Assembly: GCA_964016885.1 (NCBI GenBank)
Contig: OZ024744.1
Coordinates: 101,680,001-101,744,000, forward strand
Reading direction: 5' to 3'
Source of the DNA: Eledone cirrhosa
Lineage: Eukaryota
DNA: 64,000 nucleotides
Shown here piece after piece: positions 26,885-40,600 of this stretch (position 1 is the first letter of the stretch; every line of letters begins with the position of its first letter). The position numbers and the translations under genes were made by a program. A model generated the notes under the pieces. It saw only the letters and a list, made by a program, of their open reading frames with translations. It did no database searches and was not told where the DNA came from.

Positions 26885-28285
26885 TTTATTGTTGGCTTTG
26901 TTTATTGTTGGTTTGTTTATTGTTGGCTTTGTTTATTGTTGGTTTGTTTATTATTGGCTTTGTTTATTTTTGGTTTGTTTATTGTTGGCTTTGTATATTT
27001 TTGGTTTGTTTATATACTGGCTTTTTTTATTGTTGGTTTGTTTATTGTTGGCTTTGTTTATAGTTGGTTTGTTTATTGTTGGTTTGTTTATTGTTGGCTT
27101 TGTTTATTGTTGGTTTGTTTATTGCTGGCTTTGTTTAATGTTAATTTGTTTATTGTTGGCTTTGTTTATTTTTTGTTTGTATATTGTTGGCTTTGTTTAT
27201 TGTTGGTTTGTTTATTGTTGGCTTTGTTTATTGTTGGTTTGTTTATTGTTCGCTTTCTTTATTGTTGGTTTGTTTATTATTGGCTTTGTTTATTGTTGGT
27301 TTCTTTATTGTTGGCTTTGTTTATTGTTGGTTTGTTTATTGTTGGCTTTGTTTATTGTTGGTTTGTTTATTGTTGGCTTTGTTTATTTTTGGTTCCTTTA
27401 TTGTTGGCTTTGTTTATTGTTGGTTTGTTTATTGTTGGCTTTGTTTATTTTTGGTTTGTTTATTGTTGGCTTTGTTTATTGTTGGCTTTGTTTATTGTTG
27501 GTTTGTTTATTATTGGCTTTGTTTATTGTTGTTTTGCTTATTTGTGGCTTTGTTTAATGTTGGTTTCTTTATTGTTGGCTTTGTTTATTGTTGGTTTGTT
27601 TATTGTTGGCTTTGTTTATTGTTGGTTTGTTTATTATTGGCTTTGTTTATTTTTGGTTTGTTTATTGTTGGCTTTGTATATTTTTGGTTTGTTTATATAC
27701 TGGCTTTTTTTATTGTTGGTTTGTTTATTGTTGGCTTTGTTTATAGTTGGTTTGTTTATTGTTGGTTTGTTTATTGTTGGCTTTGTTTATTGTTGGTTTG
27801 TTTATTGCTGGCTTTGTTTAATGTTAATTTGTTTATTGTTGGCTTTGTTTATTTTTTGTTTGTATATTGTTGGCTTTGTTTATTGTTGGTTTGTTTATTG
27901 TTGGCTTTGTTTATTGTTGGTTTGTTTATTGTTCGCTTTCTTTATTGTTGGTTTGTTTATTATTGGCTTTGTTTATTGTTGGTTTCTTTATTGTTGGCTT
28001 TGTTTATTGTTGGTTTGTTTATTGTTGGCTTTGTTTATTGTTGGTTTGTTTATTGTTGGCTTTGTTTATTTTTGGTTCCTTTATTGTTGGCTTTGTTTAT
28101 TGTTGGTTTGTTTATTGTTGGCTTTGTTTATTTTTGGTTTGTTTATTGTTGGCTTTGTTTATTGTTGGCTTTGTTTATTGTTGGTTTGTTTATTATTGGC
28201 TTTGTTTATTGTTGTTTTGCTTATTTGTGGCTTTGTTTAATGTTGGTTTCTTTATTGTTGGCTTTGTTTATTGTTGGTTTGTTTA
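26885..28285. repeat. Tandem duplication of 683 bp
   Basis: ORF starts 27184/27867 and ORF ends 27557/28240 are both offset by 683. The variant string 'tatatactggctttttttatt' appears at ~27011 and ~27694. Confidence 0.9.
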
Positions 28286-28659
28286 TTATTGGCTTTAATT
28301 ATTGTTGGTTTGTCTATTGTTCGCTTTGTTTATTGTTGTTTTCTTTATTGTTGGTTTGTTTATTGTTGGCTTTGTTTATTGCTCGTTTGTTTATTGTTGG
28401 TTTGTTTATTGTTGGCTTTGTTTATTGTTGGTTTTTTTATTGTTGGCTTTGTTTATTGTTGGTTTGTTTATTATTTGCTTTGTTTATTGTTGGTTTGTTT
28501 ATTGTTGGCTTTGTTTATTTTTAGTTTGCTTATTACTGGCTTTGTTTATTGTTGGTTTGTTTATTGTTGGCTTTGTTTATTGTTGGTTTGTTTATTGTTG
28601 GCTTTGTTTATTGTTGGTTTGTTTATTATTTGCTTTGTTTATTGTTGGTTTGTTTATTG

Positions 28660-31600
28660 TTGGCTTTGTTTATTTTTGGTTTGCTTATTACTGGCTTTGT
28701 TTATTGTTGGTTTGTTTATTGTTGGCTTTGTTTATTGTTGGTTTGTTTATTGTTGGCTTTGTTTATTGTTGGGTTTTTTATTGCAGGCTTTGTTTAATGT
28801 TGGTTTGTTTTATTGTTGGCTTTGTTTATTTTGGCTTCCTTTATTGTTGGCTTTGTTTATTGTTGGTTTGTTTATTGTTGGCTTTGTTTATTGTTGGTTT
28901 GTTTATTGTTGGCTTTTTTATTGTTGGTTTGTTTATTGTTGGCTTTGTTTATTGTTGGTTTGTTTATTGTTGGCTTCGTTTATTGCTGGTTTGTTTATTG
29001 GTGGCTTTGTTTATTGTTGGTTTGTTTATTGTTGGCTTTGTTTATTGTTGGCTTTGTTTATTGTTGGTTTGTTTATTATTGGCCTTGTTTATTGTTGGTT
29101 TATTTATTGTTGGCTTTGTTTATTTTTGGTTTGTTTATTACTGGCTTTGTTTATTGTTGGTTTGTTTATTGTCGGCTTTGTTTATTGTTGGTTTGTTTAT
29201 TGTTGGCTTTGTTTATTGTTGGGTTTTTTATTGCAGGCTTTGTTTAATGTTGGTTTGTTTTATTGTTGGCTTTGTTTATTTTTGGTTCCTTTATTGTTGG
29301 CTTTGTTTATTGTTGGTTTGTTTATTGTTGGCTTTGTTTATTGTTGGTTTGTTTATTGGTGGATTTGTTTATTGTTGGTTTGTTTATTGTTGGCTTTATT
29401 TATTGTTGGCTTTGTTTATTGTTGGTTTGATTATTGTTGGCTTTGTTTATTGTTGGTTTACTTATTGGTGGCTTTGTTTATTGTTGGTTTGTTTATTGTT
29501 GGCTTTGTTAATTGTTGGTTTATTTATTATTGGCTTTAATTATTGTTGGTTTGTCTATTGTTGGCTTTGTTTATTGTTGGTTTGTTTATTGCTGGCTTTG
29601 TGTATTATTGGCTTTGTTTATTGTTGGTTTGTTTATTGTTGCTTTTTTTATTGTTGGTTTGATTATTGTAGGCTTTGTTTAATGTTGGTTCGTTTATCGT
29701 TGGTTTCTTTATTGTTGGTTTGTTTTTTGTTAGTTTGTTTTTTGTTAGTTTGTTTATTGTTGTCTTTGTTTATTTTTGGTTTGTTTATTGTTGGCTTTGT
29801 TTATTTTTGGTTTGTTTATTGTTGGTTTGTTTATTGTTGGCTTTCTTTATTGTTGGTTTGTTTATTGTTCGCTTTCTTTATTGTTGGTTTGTTTATTATT
29901 GGCTTTGTTTATTGTTGGTTTGTTTATTGTTGGCTTTGTTTATTGTTGGTTTGTTCATTGTTGGCTTTGTTTATTGCTGGTTTGTTTATTGGTGGCTTTG
30001 TTTATTGTTGGTTTGTTTATTGTTGGTTTGTTTATTATTGGCTTTGTTTATTGTTGTTTTGCTTATTTGTGGCTTTGTTTATTGTTGGTTTGTTTATTGT
30101 TAGCTTTGTTTATTGTTGGTTTGTTTATTATTGGCTTTAATTATTGTTGGTTTGTCTATTGTTGGCTTTGTTTATTGTTGGTTTGTTTATTGTTGGCTTT
30201 GTTTATTGTGGGTTTGTTTATTGTTGGCTTTTTTTATTGTTGGTTTGTTATTGTTGGCTTTGTTTATTGTTCGTTTGTTTATTGTTGGTTTGTTTATTTT
30301 TGGCTTTGTTTATTGTTGGTTTGTTTATTGTTGGCTTTGTTTATTGTTGGTTTGTTTATTATTTGCTTTGTTTATTGTTGGTTTGTTTATTGTTGGCTTT
30401 GTTTATTTTTGGTTTGTTTATTACTGGCTTTGTTTATTGTTGGTTTGTTTATTGTCGGCTTTTTGTTTATTGTTGGTTTGTTTATTGTTGGCTTTGTTTA
30501 TTGTTGGGTTTTTTATTGCAGGCTTTGTTTAATGTTGGTTTGTCTTATTGTTGGCTTTGTTTATTTTGGGTTCCTTTATTGTTGGCTTTGTTTATTGTTG
30601 GTTTGTTTATTGTTGGCTTTGTTTATTGTTGGTTTGTTTATTGTTGGATTTTTTATTGTTGGTTTGTTTATTGTTGGCTTTGTTTATTGTTGGTTTGTTT
30701 ATTATTGGCTTTGTTTATTGTTGGTTTGTTTATTGTTGGCTTTGTTTATTGATGGTTTGTTTATTGTTGGCTTTGTTTATTGTTGGTTTGTTTATTGGTG
30801 GCTTTGTTTATTGTTGGTTTGTTTATTGTTGGCTTTGTTTATTGTTGGCTTTGTTTATTGTTGGTTTGTTTATTATTGGCTTTAATTATTGTTGGTTTGT
30901 CTATTGTTGGCTTTGTTTATTGTTGGTTTGTTTATTGTTGGTTTTGATTATTGTTGCTTTCTTTATTGTTGGTTTGTTTATTGTTGGCTTTGTTTATTGC
31001 TCGTTTGTTTAATGTTGGTTTGTTTATTATTTGCTTTGTTTATTGTTGGTTTGTTTATTGTTGGCTTTGTTTATTTTTGGTTTGTTTATTACTGGCTTTG
31101 TTTATTGTTGGTTTGTTTATTGTTGGCTTTGTTTATTGTTGGTTTGTTTATTGTTGGCTTTGTTTATTGTTGGGTTTTTTATTGCAGGGTTTGTTTAATG
31201 TTGGTTTGTTTTATTGTTGGCTTTGTTTATTTTTGGTTCCTTTATTGTTGGCTTTGTTTATTGTTGGTTTGTTTATTGTTGGCTTTGTTTATTGTTGGTT
31301 TGTTTATTGTTGGCTTTTTTTATTGTTGGTTTGTTTATTGTTGGCTTTGTTTATTGTTGGTTTGTTTATTGGTGGATTTGTTTATTGTTGGTTTGCTTAT
31401 TGGTGGCTTTGTTAATTGTTGGTTTATTTATTATTGGCTTTAATTATTGTTGGTTTGTTTTTTGTTGGTTTGTTTATTGTTGGTTTGTTTATTGTTGCTT
31501 TGTTTATTGTCGGCTTTGTTTAATGTTGGTTCGTTTATTGTTGGTTTCTTTATTGTTCGTTTGTTTTTTGTTAGTTTGTTTATTGTTGTCTTTGTTTATT

Positions 31601-34600
31601 TTTGGTTTGTTTATTGTCGGCTTTGTTTATTGTTGGTTTGTTTATTGTTGGCTTTCTTTATTGTTTGTTTGTTTATTATTGGCTTGGTTTATTGTTGGTT
31701 TATTTATTGTTGGTTTGTTTATTGTTGGCTTTGTTTATTGTTGGTTTGTTTATTGTTGGCTTTGTTTATTGTTGGTTTGTTTATTATTGGCTTTGTTTAT
31801 TTTTGGTTTGTTTATTGTTGGCTTTGTATATTTTTGGTTTGTTTATATACTGGCTTTGTTTATTGTTGGTTTGTTTATTGTTGGCTTTGTTTATAGTTGG
31901 TTTGTTTATTGTTGGTTTGTTTATTGTTGGCTTTGTTTATTGTTGGTTTGTTTATTGCTGGCTTTGTTTAATGTTAATTTGTTTATTGTTGGCTTTGTTT
32001 ATTTTTTGTTTGTATATTGTTGGCTTTGTTTATTGTTGGTTTGTTTATTGTTGGCTTTGTTTATTGTTGGTTTGTTTATTGTTCGCTTTCTTTATTGTTG
32101 GTTTGTTTATTATTGGCTTTGTTTATTGTTGGTTTGTTTATTGTTGGCTTTGTTTATTGTTGGTTTGTTTATTGTTGGCTTCGTTTATTGCTGGTTTGTT
32201 TATTGGTGGCTTTGTTTATTGTTGGTTTGTTTATTGTTGGCTTTGTTTATTGTTGGTTATGTTTATTGTTGGTTTGTTTATTATTGGCTTTGTTTATTGT
32301 TGTTTTGCTTATTTGTGGCTTTGTTTAATGTTGGTTTGTATATTGTTGGCTTTGTTTATTGTTGGTTTGTTTATTATTGGCTTTAATTATTGTTGGTTTG
32401 TCTATTGTTGGCTTTGTTTATTGTTGCTTTCTTTATTGTTGGTTTGTTTATTGTTGGCTTTGTTTATTGCTCGTTTGTTTATTGTTGGTTTGTTTATTGT
32501 TGGCTTTGTTTATTGTTGGTTTGTTTATTGTTGGATTTGTTTATTGTTGGTTTGTTTATTATTTGCTTTGTTTATTGTTGGTTTGTTTATTGTTGGCTTT
32601 GTTTATTTTTGGTTTGCTTATTACTGGCTTTGTTTATTGTTGGTTTGTTTATTGTTGGCTTTGTTTATTGTTGGTTTGTTTATTGTTGGCTTTGTTTATT
32701 GTTGGGTTTTTTATTGCAGGCTTTGTTTAATGTTGGTTTGTTTTATTGTTGGCTTTGTTTATTTTTGGTTCCTTTATTGTTGGCTTTGTTTATTGTTGGT
32801 TTGTTTATTGTTGGCTTTGTTTATTGTTGGTTTGTTTATTGTTGGCTTTTTTATTGTTGGTTTGTTTATTGTTGGCTTTGTTTATTGTTGGTTTGTTTAT
32901 TGTTGGCTTCGTTTATTGCTGGTTTGTTTATTGGTGGTTTGTTTATTATTGGCTTTGTTTATTGTTGTTTTGCTTCTTTGTGGCTTTGTTTAATGTTGGT
33001 TTGTTTATTGTTGGCTTTGTTTATTGTTGGTTTGTTTATTATTGGCTTTAATTATTGTTGGTTTGTCTATTGTTGGCTTTGTTTATTGTCGGCTTTGTTT
33101 ATTGTTGGTTTGTTTATTGTTGGCTTTCTTTATTGTTGGTTTGTTTATTATTGGCTTGGTTTATTGTTGGTTTATTTATTGTTGGTTTGTTTATTGTTGG
33201 CTTTGTTTATTGTTGGTTTGTTTATTGTTGGCTTTGTTTATTGTACGTTTGTTTATTATTGGCTTTGTTTATTTTTGGTTTGTTTATTGTTGGCTTTGTA
33301 TATTTTTGGTTTGTTTATATACTGGCTTTGTTTATTGTTGGTTTGTTTATTGTTGGCTTTGTTAATAGTTGGTTTGTTTATTGTTGGTTTGTTTATTGTT
33401 GGCTTTGTTTATTGTTGGTTTGTTTATTGCTGGCTTTGTTTAATGTTAGTTTGTTTATTGTTGGCTTTGTTTATTTTTTGTTTGTATATTGTTGGCTTTG
33501 TTTATTGTTGGTTTGTTTATTGTTGGTTTGTTTATTGTTGGCTCTGTTTATTGTTGGTTTATTTATTGTTCGATTTCTTTATTGTTGGTTTGTTTATTAT
33601 TGGCTTTGTTTATTGTTGGTTTGTTTATTGGTGGTTTGTTTATTGTTGGTTTGTTTATTGTTGGCTTTGTTTATTGTTGGCTTTGTTTATTGTTGGTTTG
33701 TTTATTATTGGCTTTGTTTATTGTTGTTTTGCTTATTTGTGGCTTTGTTTAATGTTGGTTTGTTTATTGTTGGCTTTGTTTATTGTTGGTTTGTTTATTA
33801 TTGGCTTTAATTATTGTTGGTTTGTCTATTGTTGGCTTTGTTTATTGTTGGTTTGTTTGTTGTTGGCTTTGTTTATTGTTGCTTTCTTTATTGTTGGTTT
33901 GTTTATTGTTGGCTTTGTTTATTGTTGGTTTGTTTATTGTTGGCTTTGTTTATTGTTGGTTTGTTTATTATTTGCTTTGTTTATTATTGGTTTGTTTTAT
34001 TGTTGGCTTTGTTTATTTTTGGTTCCTTTATTGTTGGCTTTGTTTATTGTTGGTTTGTTTATTGTTGGCTTTGTTTATTGTTGGTTTGTTTATTGTTGGC
34101 TTTTTTTATTGTTGGTTTGTTTATTGTTGGCTTTGTTTCTTGTTGGTTTGTTTATTATTGGCTTTGTTTATTGTTGGTTTCTTTATTGTTGGTTTGTTTT
34201 TTGTTAGTTTGTTTATTGTTGTCTTTGTTTATTTTTGGTTTGTTTATTGCCGGCTTTGTTTATTGTTGGTTTGTTTATTGTTGGCTTTCTTTATTGTTGG
34301 TTTGTTTATTATTGGCTTGGTTTATTGTTGGTTTATTTATTGTTGGTTTGTTTATTGTTGGCTTTGTTTATTTTTGGTTTGCTTATTACTGGCTTTGTTT
34401 ATTGTGGGTTTGTTTATTGTTGGCTTTGTTTATTGTTGGTTTGTTTATTGTTGGCTTTGTTTATTGTTGGGTTTTTTATTGCAGGCTTTGTTTAATGTTG
34501 GTTTGTTTTATTGTTGGCTTTGTTTATTTTGGCTTCCTTTATTGTTGGCTTTGTTTATTGTTGGTTTGTTTATTGTTGGCTTTGTTTATTGTTGGTTTGT

Positions 34601-37600
34601 TTATTGTTGGCTTTTTTATTGTTGGTTTGTTTATTGTTGGCTTTGTTTATTGTTGGTTTGTTTATTGTTGGCTTCGTTTATTGCTGGTTTGTTTATTGGT
34701 GGCTTTGTTTATTGTTGGTTTGTTTATTGTTGGCTTTGTTTATTGTTGGCTTTGTTTATTGTTGGTTTGTTTATTATTGGCCTTGTTTATTGTTGGTTTA
34801 TTTATTGTTGGCTTTGTTTATTTTTGGTTTGTTTATTACTGGCTTTGTTTATTGTTGGTTTGTTTATTGTCGGCTTTGTTTATTGTTGGTTTGTTTATTG
34901 TTGGCTTTGTTTATTGTTGGGTTTTTTATTGCAGGCTTTGTTTAATGTTGGTTTGTTTTATTGTTGGCTTTGTTTATTTTTGGTTCCTTTATTGTTGGCT
35001 TTGTTTATTGTTGGTTTGTTTATTGTTGGCTTTGTTTATTGTTGGTTTGTTTATTGGTGGATTTGTTTATTGTTGGTTTGTTTATTGTTGGCTTTATTTA
35101 TTGTTGGCTTTGTTTATTGTTGGTTTGATTATTGTTGGCTTTGTTTATTGTTGGTTTACTTATTGGTGGCTTTGTTTATTGTTGGTTTGTTTATTGTTGG
35201 CTTTGTTAATTGTTGGTTTATTTATTATTGGCTTTAATTATTGTTGGTTTGTCTATTGTTGGCTTTGTTTATTGTTGGTTTGTTTATTGCTGGCTTTGTG
35301 TATTATTGGCTTTGTTTATTGTTGGTTTGTTTATTGTTGCTTTTTTTATTGTTGGTTTGTTTATTGTAGGCTTTGTTTAATGTTGGTTCGTTTATCGTTG
35401 GTTTCTTTATTGTTGGTTTGTTTTTTGTTAGTTTGTTTTTTGTTAGTTTGTTTATTGTTGTCTTTGTTTATTTTTGGTTTGTTTATTGTTGTCTTTGTTT
35501 ATTTTTGGTTTGTTTATTGTTGGTTTGTTTATTGTTGGCTTTCTTTATTGTTGGTTTGTTTATTGTTCGCTTTCTTTATTGTTGGTTTGTTTATTATTGG
35601 CTTTGTTTATTGTTGGTTTGTTTATTGTTGGCTTTGTTTATTGTTGGTTTGTTCATTGTTGGCTTTGTTTATTGCTGGTTTGTTTATTGGTGGCTTTGTT
35701 TATTGTTGGTTTGTTTATTGTTGGTTTGTTTATTATTGGCTTTGTTTATTGTTGTTTTGCTTATTTGTGGCTTTGTTTATTGTTGGTTTGTTTATTGTTA
35801 GCTTTGTTTATTGTTGGTTTGTTTATTATTGGCTTTAATTATTGTTGGTTTGTCTATTGTTGGCTTTGTTTATTGTTGGTTTGTTTATTGTTGGCTTTGT
35901 TTATTGTGGGTTTGTTTATTGTTGGCTTTTTTTATTGTTGGTTTGTTATTGTTGGCTTTGTTTATTGTTCGTTTGTTTATTGTTGGTTTGTTTATTTTTG
36001 GCTTTGTTTATTGTTGGTTTGTTTATTGTTGGCTTTGTTTATTGTTGGTTTGTTTATTATTTGCTTTGTTTATTGTTGGTTTGTTTATTGTTGGCTTTGT
36101 TTATTTTTGGTTTGTTTATTACTGGCTTTGTTTATTGTTGGTTTGTTTATTGTCGGCTTTTTGTTTATTGTTGGTTTGTTTATTGTTGGCTTTGTTTATT
36201 GTTGGGTTTTTTATTGCAGGCTTTGTTTAATGTTGGTTTGTCTTATTGTTGGCTTTGTTTATTTTGGGTTCCTTTATTGTTGGCTTTGTTTATTGTTGGT
36301 TTGTTTATTGTTGGCTTTGTTTATTGTTGGTTTGTTTATTGTTGGATTTTTTATTGTTGGTTTGTTTATTGTTGGCTTTGTTTATTGTTGGTTTGTTTAT
36401 TATTGGCTTTGTTTATTGTTGGTTTGTTTATTGTTGGCTTTGTTTATTGATGGTTTGTTTATTGTTGGCTTTGTTTATTGTTGGTTTGTTTATTGGTGGC
36501 TTTGTTTATTGTTGGTTTGTTTATTGTTGGCTTTGTTTATTGTTGGCTTTGTTTATTGTTGGTTTGTTTATTATTGGCTTTAATTATTGTTGGTTTGTCT
36601 ATTGTTGGCTTTGTTTATTGTTGGTTTGTTTATTGTTGGTTTTGATTATTGTTGCTTTCTTTATTGTTGGTTTGTTTATTGTTGGCTTTGTTTATTGCTC
36701 GTTTGTTTAATGTTGGTTTGTTTATTATTTGCTTTGTTTATTGTTGGTTTGTTTATTGTTGGCTTTGTTTATTTTTGGTTTGTTTATTACTGGCTTTGTT
36801 TATTGTTGGTTTGTTTATTGTTGGCTTTGTTTATTGTTGGTTTGTTTATTGTTGGCTTTGTTTATTGTTGGGTTTTTTATTGCAGGCTTTGTTTAATGTT
36901 GGTTTGTTTTATTGTTGGCTTTGTTTATTTTTGGTTCCTTTATTGTTGGCTTTGTTTATTGTTGGTTTGTTTATTGTTGGCTTTGTTTATTGTTGGTTTG
37001 TTTATTGTTGGCTTTTTTTATTGTTGGTTTGTTTATTGTTGGTTTTGTTTATTGTTGGTTTGTTTATTGGTGGATTTGTTTATTGTTGGTTTGCTTATTG
37101 GTGGCTTTGTTAATTGTTGGTTTATTTATTATTGGCTTTAATTATTGTTGGTTTGTTTTTTGTTGGTTTGTTTATTGTTGGTTTGTTTATTGTTGCTTTG
37201 TTTATTGTCGGCTTTGTTTAATGTTGGTTCGTTTATTGTTGGTTTCTTTATTGTTCGTTTGTTTTTTGTTAGTTTGTTTATTGTTGTCTTTGTTTATTTT
37301 TGGTTTGTTTATTGTCGGCTTTGTTTATTGTTGGTTTGTTTATTGTTGGCTTTCTTTATTGTTTGTTTGTTTATTATTGGCTTGGTTTATTGTTGGTTTA
37401 TTTATTGTTGGTTTGTTTATTGTTGGCTTTGTTTATTGTTGGTTTGTTTATTGTTGGCTTTGTTTATTGTTGGTTTGTTTATTATTGGCTTTGTTTATTT
37501 TTGGTTTGTTTATTGTTGGCTTTGTATATTTTTGGTTTGTTTATATACTGGCTTTGTTTATTGTTGGTTTGTTTATTGTTGGCTTTGTTTATAGTTGGTT

Positions 37601-40600
37601 TGTTTATTGTTGGTTTGTTTATTGTTGGCTTTGTTTATTGTTGGTTTGTTTATTGCTGGCTTTGTTTAATGTTAATTTGTTTATTGTTGGCTTTGTTTAT
37701 TTTTTGTTTGTATATTGTTGGCTTTGTTTATTGTTGGTTTGTTTATTGTTGGCTTTGTTTATTGTTGGTTTGTTTATTGTTCGCTTTCTTTATTGTTGGT
37801 TTGTTTATTATTGGCTTTGTTTATTGTTGGTTTGTTTATTGTTGGCTTTGTTTATTGTTGGTTTGTTTATTGTTGGCTTCGTTTATTGCTGGTTTGTTTA
37901 TTGGTGGCTTTGTTTATTGTTGGTTTGTTTATTGTTGGCTTTGTTTATTGTTGGTTATGTTTATTGTTGGTTTGTTTATTATTGGCTTTGTTTATTGTTG
38001 TTTTGCTTATTTGTGGCTTTGTTTAATGTTGGTTTGTATATTGTTGGCTTTGTTTATTGTTGGTTTGTTTATTATTGGCTTTAATTATTGTTGGTTTGTC
38101 TATTGTTGGCTTTGTTTATTGTTGCTTTCTTTATTGTTGGTTTGTTTATTGTTGGCTTTGTTTATTGCTCGTTTGTTTATTGTTGGTTTGTTTATTGTTG
38201 GCTTTGTTTATTGTTGGTTTGTTTATTGTTGGATTTGTTTATTGTTGGTTTGTTTATTATTTGCTTTGTTTATTGTTGGTTTGTTTATTGTTGGCTTTGT
38301 TTATTTTTGGTTTGCTTATTACTGGCTTTGTTTATTGTTGGTTTGTTTATTGTTGGCTTTGTTTATTGTTGGTTTGTTTATTGTTGGCTTTGTTTATTGT
38401 TGGGTTTTTTATTGCAGGCTTTGTTTAATGTTGGTTTGTTTTATTGTTGGCTTTGTTTATTTTTGGTTCCTTTATTGTTGGCTTTGTTTATTGTTGGTTT
38501 GTTTATTGTTGGCTTTGTTTATTGTTGGTTTGTTTATTGTTGGCTTTTTTATTGTTGGTTTGTTTATTGTTGGCTTTGTTTATTGTTGGTTTGTTTATTG
38601 TTGGCTTCGTTTATTGCTGGTTTGTTTATTGGTGGTTTGTTTATTATTGGCTTTGTTTATTGTTGTTTTGCTTCTTTGTGGCTTTGTTTAATGTTGGTTT
38701 GTTTATTGTTGGCTTTGTTTATTGTTGGTTTGTTTATTATTGGCTTTAATTATTGTTGGTTTGTCTATTGTTGGCTTTGTTTATTGTCGGCTTTGTTTAT
38801 TGTTGGTTTGTTTATTGTTGGCTTTCTTTATTGTTGGTTTGTTTATTATTGGCTTGGTTTATTGTTGGTTTATTTATTGTTGGTTTGTTTATTGTTGGCT
38901 TTGTTTATTGTTGGTTTGTTTATTGTTGGCTTTGTTTATTGTACGTTTGTTTATTATTGGCTTTGTTTATTTTTGGTTTGTTTATTGTTGGCTTTGTATA
39001 TTTTTGGTTTGTTTATATACTGGCTTTGTTTATTGTTGGTTTGTTTATTGTTGGCTTTGTTAATAGTTGGTTTGTTTATTGTTGGTTTGTTTATTGTTGG
39101 CTTTGTTTATTGTTGGTTTGTTTATTGCTGGCTTTGTTTAATGTTAGTTTGTTTATTGTTGGCTTTGTTTATTTTTTGTTTGTATATTGTTGGCTTTGTT
39201 TATTGTTGGTTTGTTTATTGTTGGTTTGTTTATTGTTGGCTCTGTTTATTGTTGGTTTATTTATTGTTCGATTTCTTTATTGTTGGTTTGTTTATTATTG
39301 GCTTTGTTTATTGTTGGTTTGTTTATTGGTGGCTTTGTTTATTGTTGGTTTGTTTATTGTTGGCTTTGTTTATTGTTGGCTTTGTTTATTGTTGGTTTGT
39401 TTATTATTGGCTTTGTTTATTGTTGTTTTGCTTATTTGTGGCTTTGTTTAATGTTGGTTTGTTTATTGTTGGCTTTGTTTATTGTTGGTTTGTTTATTAT
39501 TGGCTTTAATTATTGTTGGTTTGTCTATTGTTGGCTTTGTTTATTGTTGGTTTGTTTATTGTTGGCTTTGTTTATTGTGGGTTTGTTTATTGTTGGCTTT
39601 TTTTATTGTTGGTTTGTTATTGTTGGCTTTGTTTATTGTTCGTTTGTTTATTGTTGGTTTGTTTATTTTTGGCTTTGTTTATTGTTGGTTTGTTTATTGT
39701 TGGCTTTGTTTATTGTTGGTTTGTTTATTATTTGCTTTGTTTATTGTTGGTTTGTTTATTGTTGGCTTTGTTTATTTTTGGTTTGTTTATTACTGGCTTT
39801 GTTTATTGTTGGTTTGTTTATTGTCGGCTTTTTGTTTATTGTTGGTTTGTTTATTGTTGGCTTTGTTTATTGTTGGGTTTTTTATTGCAGGCTTTGTTTA
39901 ATGTTGGTTTGTCTTATTGTTGGCTTTGTTTATTTTGGGTTCCTTTATTGTTGGCTTTGTTTATTGTTGGTTTGTTTATTGTTGGCTTTGTTTATTGTTG
40001 GTTTGTTTATTGTTGGATTTTTTATTGTTGGTTTGTTTATTGTTGGCTTTGTTTATTGTTGGTTTGTTTATTATTGGCTTTGTTTATTGTTGGTTTGTTT
40101 ATTGTTGGCTTTGTTTATTGATGGTTTGTTTATTGTTGGCTTTGTTTATTGTTGGTTTGTTTATTGGTGGCTTTGTTTATTGTTGGTTTGTTTATTGTTG
40201 GCTTTGTTTATTGTTGGCTTTGTTTATTGTTGGTTTGTTTATTATTGGCTTTAATTATTGTTGGTTTGTCTATTGTTGGCTTTGTTTATTGTTGGTTTGT
40301 TTATTGTTGGTTTTGATTATTGTTGCTTTCTTTATTGTTGGTTTGTTTATTGTTGGCTTTGTTTATTGCTCGTTTGTTTAATGTTGGTTTGTTTATTATT
40401 TGCTTTGTTTATTGTTGGTTTGTTTATTGTTGGCTTTGTTTATTTTTGGTTTGTTTATTACTGGCTTTGTTTATTGTTGGTTTGTTTATTGTTGGCTTTG
40501 TTTATTGTTGGTTTGTTTATTGTTGGCTTTGTTTATTGTTGGGTTTTTTATTGCAGGCTTTGTTTAATGTTGGTTTGTTTTATTGTTGGCTTTGTTTATT

